Shown piece after piece: positions 59,075 to 64,000 of a stretch of DNA of 64,000 nucleotides. Origin of the DNA: Phycisphaerae bacterium (GTDB taxonomy: Bacteria; Planctomycetota; Phycisphaerae; UBA1845; Fen-1342); the NCBI GenBank assembly GCA_050115495.1, contig JASFQK010000021.1:1-64000 (forward strand). Reading direction: 5' to 3'. The notes under the pieces are model-generated. The model was not told the DNA's origin. It ran no database searches and worked only from the letters and a program-made list of their open reading frames with translations. A program made the position numbers and the translations under genes. Positions within the stretch are counted from its first letter, which is position 1; each line of letters starts with the position of its first letter.

Positions 59075-60103
59075 TCACCCATACCCGGTGCGGGAGACGT
59101 GGCGGAGCAGTTCGACCTCGTGCACGCCGGCGGCGAGGCCCTTCACCTCGTAGCGGCCCTCGACGTCGGTGATCGCCCCAATGATGATGCCGGTCTCGTC
59201 CTGGGCCTTCACCATGACGTTCACGCCGGCGAGCGGCTTGCCGTCGAGGTCAGTCACGCGGCCGTCAATCTGTGCCCCGGACGAGCTTTCCAGCACGGCG
59301 GTCACGGTCGCGCCGGGAGCGAGTTCGACGATGCGGGCGAAGAGCGTCGCCTGGTATGGGATGTTCGAGCCGTACGCGTAACGGGTCACGCGGTAGCGCA
59401 GGCCCGGCGGAAACGGACCGAGGTGCCACGGTTCCTTGCTCCTCTTGTCGTCGTCCGACCGGTACGGCGGATAGATGTAGACGCGTGGCTCCACCTCTTC
59501 GTCGGCGGTGGACGCGGTCTCGGCCGATGAATCGCCGGCGGGCTGGGTCGTCGCGAGCCGAGGCAGCGGCGCAAGGTCGACGTCGACTGAGAAGGTGAGG
59601 GACTTGTCGGCGGGTTCGGGCAGTGGCCCGACGATGATGTCCGCCGGCGTGTCCATCTCGATCTTCAGGAAGCCCTCCGGGCAGTCCGCGGGCACCACGT
59701 CGGTACGGAGGACGAGGCCGGACTGGCGGTTGCCGGCGGCGAGGAACCAGGGCTCGCCGGGAGCGGCGAAGTTGCGAAGCGTGAAGCGGCCTTCGTCGTC
59801 GGTGAGGGCGTCGCAGAACATCCGCCCGTTGCGGACGGCGAAGACCTTCGGATCGCGCTGCTCCTCGCCGGAGCCGTCGAGGCTACCCTCGGGACCCACG
59901 CGGAGATAGCCCTTCTCGCGGTGAGCCATGAGGACCGGGATTCCCGCGAGCGGCTTGCCGTCGGCCTTGGAGACGACGATGCCCATCAACGTGTTGATGG
60001 CCGGTCTTCGCGGGGAATCCGCCACCGCCGACAGAAGCCACGTAACGGTCAGCACGAGGGCCAGCGCTGCCGGCCGAGCCTGGCGTGAGTACTTGCTGCA
60101 CAC
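59075..60103 (-). CDS. Secreted carboxypeptidase-regulatory-like (Ig) domain protein; ends in a TGA in frame with the TlpA domain
   Basis: Signal peptide; G.V...DGKPLAG..V x2, TD.EGRF/Y; RBS ggag. Confidence 0.75.
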   Translation of the reverse strand: MCSKYSRQARPAALALVLTVTWLLSAVADSPRRPAINTLMGIVVSKADGKPLAGIPVLMAHREKGYLRVGPEGSLDGSGEEQRDPKVFAVRNGRMFCDALTDDEGRFTLRNFAAPGEPWFLAAGNRQSGLVLRTDVVPADCPEGFLKIEMDTPADIIVGPLPEPADKSLTFSVDVDLAPLPRLATTQPAGDSSAETASTADEEVEPRVYIYPPYRSDDDKRSKEPWHLGPFPPGLRYRVTRYAYGSNIPYQATLFARIVELAPGATVTAVLESSSGAQIDGRVTDLDGKPLAGVNVMVKAQDETGIIIGAITDVEGRYEVKGLAAGVHEVELLRHVSRTGYG

Positions 60104-60134
60104 GGCGATTGCTCCACGAAACTTGACCTGATCC

Positions 60135-62135
60135 TCAATCCGTGTCCGTCGGCGACGAGCCGGCGGGCAGCGCGTAACGTTCGACCTTGCGGGCGAGCTC
60201 GGCGATCAACCAGAGCTCCTGGCCGTCGTGAACCACGAAGCATTGCCAGCACTCGCGGCAGGGAGCGATGGCATCCAGGTCGTACCACTTGGGCGGGTCG
60301 GCGGCGGTGTCCAGGAGAAGGTTGTGAGGAGCTGCGAGACTGTGCGTTACGGCGAGAACATAACGCCCGCTGTAGACGATCCGGCGCCAGTCGAGCCACT
60401 CCTCGCCCGTGCTGGGCACCTTGATAGTCTTCAGCGGTTCGCCCGCCGAGTTGTAGAGGCTGATGACGCCGCGCTCCGCTCCCCGGCGCGAACCCATGTT
60501 GAACGAACCGGTAGCCAGAGCCAGCGAACCGTCCGGCGCCACGGCCGAGGCCTCGATCCAGTCGAGCCAGGTGTCATCCGGCTTTCGCCGGAGGCAGGTC
60601 AGAACCGTGTTGTCCTCGTCGACGAGATAGGCCTCTCTTTCGGCGATAACCCAGAAGCGTTGACTGTGGGGCTGGTAGCAGACGCGGCTATTGGAATACC
60701 CCATGTCTTCCTGTATGGCCGGCAGCGTGCGGAAGCCGACGCGCTCGCCGCTGGGCGAGAACTCCAGCCTACCAACAAAGACGGACCCGTCGCCAGCCAC
60801 GTTGACGTTGCCGTGGAAACTCCACCAGCCCTTGAAGTCGTCCGGGTCGGGATGGAGCTGACGGACACATTGGCCGCTGGAATCGAAGATGTGCGTCCTG
60901 CCCCCCTGCGACTCGGCGATGTAGATCATGCCTTGCTGGTCGACGGCCACGTCGCCGATCGCGCCCAGCCGGGGCACACCAGGGGTCTCGCCCAGGATGA
61001 GGGCGACGAAATCGGACCGCCAACTGAACCGGAGTCTGATCGTTCCGAGGTGGCGCAGCGTCAGGGAATCCAGCTTGTCGGTCTGCTCCTCGGGCAAGGC
61101 ACACGTGGTCGGGTTGTACGTAGCGCGACCGTGCTCCGTAACCTGCCAGCCGTCCGCGACATTTCCCTCAATCTCGAAGGTGACGCGCTGATTCTCCTTC
61201 ACGAACCAAAGGTCGAAGCAGCGGGGTTCATCCGTGCGCAGGATGGCGCCATTCTTGTTGATCTCGCCCTCGATCTGGCTCAGCCGCGCAAGCTCGAGGC
61301 GGTCCGTCCGCTCGTCCAGTCGTTTGCGGTACTCGCTGTACTCCGGGTAATCGCCGGGACGGTCCAGCTCCCAGACCGGCTCTCCCACCGGGTCGATCAG
61401 GTTGTAGCAGCCGCCGGTGGCGCGGACTTGCTGGGCGGGAATATTCCACTTCGTGTATTCCCAATTGACGAGGATCAACGGTGTGCCGGCGACCGGCTTG
61501 GCGCTACGAATGAACCAGAGCTCGAAATCGCCTTCGGTCGGATGCGCGAAGGTGAACTCGTCCAGCAGCTTACCGTCGGAGAGCTGATAGGTGCACCAGG
61601 TCTCGCTCTGCAGAAACCAGCCTCCTTCCTCCAACCGGACGATGAAGCGGTCGTTTTCGGGATCGAGCATGAAGCCGTTGACGTTCCGGTCGACGGTGGA
61701 TGCATCGCTGGGCTGTCCCCGCCGGGGCAGGACGTCGTTCATCCGCAGTTCGCCCCGGGCATCGAGGATGACCAGATGCGCCTTGCCGTCCTCGCGCGCT
61801 TTCCGGTCCACCGGGCGGTTCTCGTAGCCAAGCGAGTAGGCGTAGCCGGCGACGATTCCGTCGTCGCCGACCGCGCAGTCCCAGAGCGTGAACGGCAGCG
61901 TCTTGGCCCAGACCTCCGCCCCGTCGTGCGTCATGCGGTAACGACCCTCCCCCTGGCCATACATCGTGCTCGGGTCCACGCGTAGCGCATAGGCACCCAA
62001 CGCCGACTTGTACGTCTTCGGGTTCAGCGTAACGCGTGAGATCCGCCCGGCGGCGGCAGGTGGCGCGAGCCACGCGGCCACGGCCATGACCGTCAGCATC
62101 ATCAGCCAGGCTCGGTTCAAGCACCTGTTGCCCAC
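60135..62135 (-). CDS. Secreted NHL/beta-propeller protein
   Basis: GTG start with RBS ggag; signal peptide; VAVDQQG.IYIA, AVAPDGSLA. Confidence 0.75.
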   Translation of the reverse strand: MGNRCLNRAWLMMLTVMAVAAWLAPPAAAGRISRVTLNPKTYKSALGAYALRVDPSTMYGQGEGRYRMTHDGAEVWAKTLPFTLWDCAVGDDGIVAGYAYSLGYENRPVDRKAREDGKAHLVILDARGELRMNDVLPRRGQPSDASTVDRNVNGFMLDPENDRFIVRLEEGGWFLQSETWCTYQLSDGKLLDEFTFAHPTEGDFELWFIRSAKPVAGTPLILVNWEYTKWNIPAQQVRATGGCYNLIDPVGEPVWELDRPGDYPEYSEYRKRLDERTDRLELARLSQIEGEINKNGAILRTDEPRCFDLWFVKENQRVTFEIEGNVADGWQVTEHGRATYNPTTCALPEEQTDKLDSLTLRHLGTIRLRFSWRSDFVALILGETPGVPRLGAIGDVAVDQQGMIYIAESQGGRTHIFDSSGQCVRQLHPDPDDFKGWWSFHGNVNVAGDGSVFVGRLEFSPSGERVGFRTLPAIQEDMGYSNSRVCYQPHSQRFWVIAEREAYLVDEDNTVLTCLRRKPDDTWLDWIEASAVAPDGSLALATGSFNMGSRRGAERGVISLYNSAGEPLKTIKVPSTGEEWLDWRRIVYSGRYVLAVTHSLAAPHNLLLDTAADPPKWYDLDAIAPCRECWQCFVVHDGQELWLIAELARKVERYALPAGSSPTDTD

Positions 62136-62166
62136 GGCGATTGCTCCACGAAGCGCGACCTGTTCC

Positions 62167-64000
62167 TCAATCCGTGCCCCGCGACGACGAGCCGGCGGGT
62201 AGCGCAAAGCGTTCGATCTTGCGGGCCGTCTCGGCGAACAACCAGAGCTCCTGCCCGTCACGCACCACGAAGCAATGCCATTGCTCGCTGTACGGGGCGA
62301 AGGCACCGACGTCGTACCATTTCGGCGGGTCGACGGCGGTATCCAGGAGCAGGCAGCGCGAGTCCCCGAAGCCGGACGGGGCGACCAGGACGTACCGCCC
62401 GGTGTGAGCGAGTCCGTGGCAGCCGAACCGCCGCTCACCGATGTTGGGCAGCGCAACGGTCTTCACCGGCTCGCCCGACGGGCTGTACAGGTTGATGGTG
62501 CGCTGGTCGAGCTCCCAATGCGGGCGGATGCCGAAAGGACCCGCCGCCACGGCCAGTGAACCGTCCGGCGCCACCGCCGCGGCTTCGACCCGGTCGAGCC
62601 AGTTGTTGTCCGGCTTTCGCCGGAGGCACGTCACAACCTCGTTGTCCTCGCCGATGAGATAGACCTCTTCCCAACAAATCGCCCAGCAGCGTGAGCCGTG
62701 CGGCTGGTGCACGAAGCGGCCGTCGTAGTACTCCGGCTCTTCGGTCCCCTCGGGCGGCTTGTGGAAGCCAACACGCTCGCCGGCGGGCGAGAACTCCAGC
62801 CTGCTGATGAAGACGCGACCGTCGCCGATGACGTCGATGTCGAGGCCCGCGCCGTTCTCGAAATCGTCCGGGTTGGGGCTGAGCAGCCGGACGGGCCGGC
62901 CCTCGGCGTCGAACACGTGCGTGATGCCATGGCGCGCGTCGGCGATGTAGATCGTGCCCTGCTGATCGATGGCCACACCGCCGACGTCGCGAAGCTGGCG
63001 TGCGTCGGGCGCCTCGCCCAGGATGCGGGTGACGACGCCGCCCGGCCCAAGCTGGAGGAAGGAATGCCGGTCGCAAACCCACAGCACGCCGTGGCGATCC
63101 ACGCAGGCGGCCGTACCGTCCGGATCGCTGGCCGGCTGGGCGGACCAGCCGTCGACGTGGCGGGGATCGAACTTGTCACGCACGGTCCAGTCGGCGTTGA
63201 TACGCCACACACGCGGCGACGACATTTCGAGTACGACGACCAATCCGTCATCGGCGTCCGCAGTGATGAACTCCACAAAGGGGTACTCCTCGCCGAAGAG
63301 CGCCGCGCAGTCACGTGTCTCCAACACGCGCCCGTCGAGCGATACCACGCTGACCGTGGCCCCGCCGTAGCCGAGCTGGGCGATGATGCGGCCCTGGGTC
63401 GTGACGGTCACGCCGAGGACGACGTCCCCCGGGGCCACACGCCAGCGTTCCTTGCCGGCCGCGTCGAAAGCGGCCAGCTCCTCGCGCTCTTCCTCGCCAC
63501 ACCCGGGGAAGATCGCCGCCACAAAGCCGCCATCATGCGTCGAGGCGACCCATCGGGCGCCCTGCCCGGTGAACGGCAGAATCTCCTCCTGCTGGCCGGT
63601 CGCAACGTTCAGCCACCAGGCCCGCGTCCTGCTGTCGATCGATTTGCCACCCTCGTCCTTTCGCCATGTGCAGGCCACCAGCAGCCAGCGGTCGCCGGTG
63701 ATCCACGTGGCCGTCGGGACGTTGTAGTCGTCGCCGAACAGCGCGCTGAGGCCCGCGGTGCGAACGACCGTGCCGGCGGAGTCGATCAGGACGAACGTGG
63801 TGGAGTGGTCCGTCTCTTGGCGGAGGAAGCCGATCCGCCCGCCTTCGTCGATGTCGAAGTGCTCGATGTCGCGGATTTCGGGGGCGGGCTGTGCGTCGGA
63901 CTGGAGCTCGATCGTCCCCAGGTGCCGCAGCGTCAGGGCGTCCAGCTTGTCGATCTGCTCTTCGGGCGAGGGACGCGAGGTCGGGCTGTACGCCGCGCGC
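62167..64000 (-). CDS. NHL/beta-propeller protein, paralog of 60135-62135 (5'-partial)
   Basis: Frame appears open to the window end; EEQIDKLDALTLRHLGTI and C-terminus ERFALPAGSS match the paralog. Confidence 0.75.
   Translation of the reverse strand, partial: RAAYSPTSRPSPEEQIDKLDALTLRHLGTIELQSDAQPAPEIRDIEHFDIDEGGRIGFLRQETDHSTTFVLIDSAGTVVRTAGLSALFGDDYNVPTATWITGDRWLLVACTWRKDEGGKSIDSRTRAWWLNVATGQQEEILPFTGQGARWVASTHDGGFVAAIFPGCGEEEREELAAFDAAGKERWRVAPGDVVLGVTVTTQGRIIAQLGYGGATVSVVSLDGRVLETRDCAALFGEEYPFVEFITADADDGLVVVLEMSSPRVWRINADWTVRDKFDPRHVDGWSAQPASDPDGTAACVDRHGVLWVCDRHSFLQLGPGGVVTRILGEAPDARQLRDVGGVAIDQQGTIYIADARHGITHVFDAEGRPVRLLSPNPDDFENGAGLDIDVIGDGRVFISRLEFSPAGERVGFHKPPEGTEEPEYYDGRFVHQPHGSRCWAICWEEVYLIGEDNEVVTCLRRKPDNNWLDRVEAAAVAPDGSLAVAAGPFGIRPHWELDQRTINLYSPSGEPVKTVALPNIGERRFGCHGLAHTGRYVLVAPSGFGDSRCLLLDTAVDPPKWYDVGAFAPYSEQWHCFVVRDGQELWLFAETARKIERFALPAGSSSRGTD

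Noticed and set aside
60135..64000. Diversity-generating retroelement (TR/VR) behind the paralog similarity
   Set aside because: Differences are not adenine-specific, both copies are coding, and no reverse transcriptase is present

Overview
GC-rich bacterial chromosome segment. Gene content and protein style (DUF1571, BatA/vWA, dockerin-like DxDxDGDVDLxDF tails, PEP-CTERM, TTQPA linkers, GACC Cys-rich repeats) suggest Planctomycetota, probably Phycisphaerae; this is inference. About 50 CDSs: housekeeping genes (mqnD, mtnP, recJ, hisA, purH, yacG, maf, nfo, queG, rsmA), an acyl-CoA ligase plus two CoA-transferase-GNAT fusions, an ECF sigma/anti-sigma/metal-sensor locus, an OmpR two-component system between two lamin-tail surface proteins, and tandem beta-propeller paralogs. 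No rRNA, tRNA, CRISPR array, integrase or transposase was recognised. Intergenic space holds many GTAG/GTGG-type REP hairpins and 7-8-mer tandem repeats, some inside coding regions. Best leads: (1) a ~6 kb accessory island between nfo and queG, bounded by two nested inverted-repeat pairs, carrying DUF4062 and HEPN-like genes, a phage C4/CI-like structured leader RNA and a Cro-like HTH, with an orphan RM-controller-like gene and C-box just outside; (2) an in-frame UGA followed by SECIS-like hairpins that would fuse a secreted protein to a TlpA thioredoxin (candidate selenoprotein); (3) REP elements translated inside queG and a ChaN lipoprotein; (4) paired promoter motifs predicting the OmpR and ECF regulons; (5) an orphan terminator marking a candidate sRNA. 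All product calls are by-eye motif recognition, not database searches.
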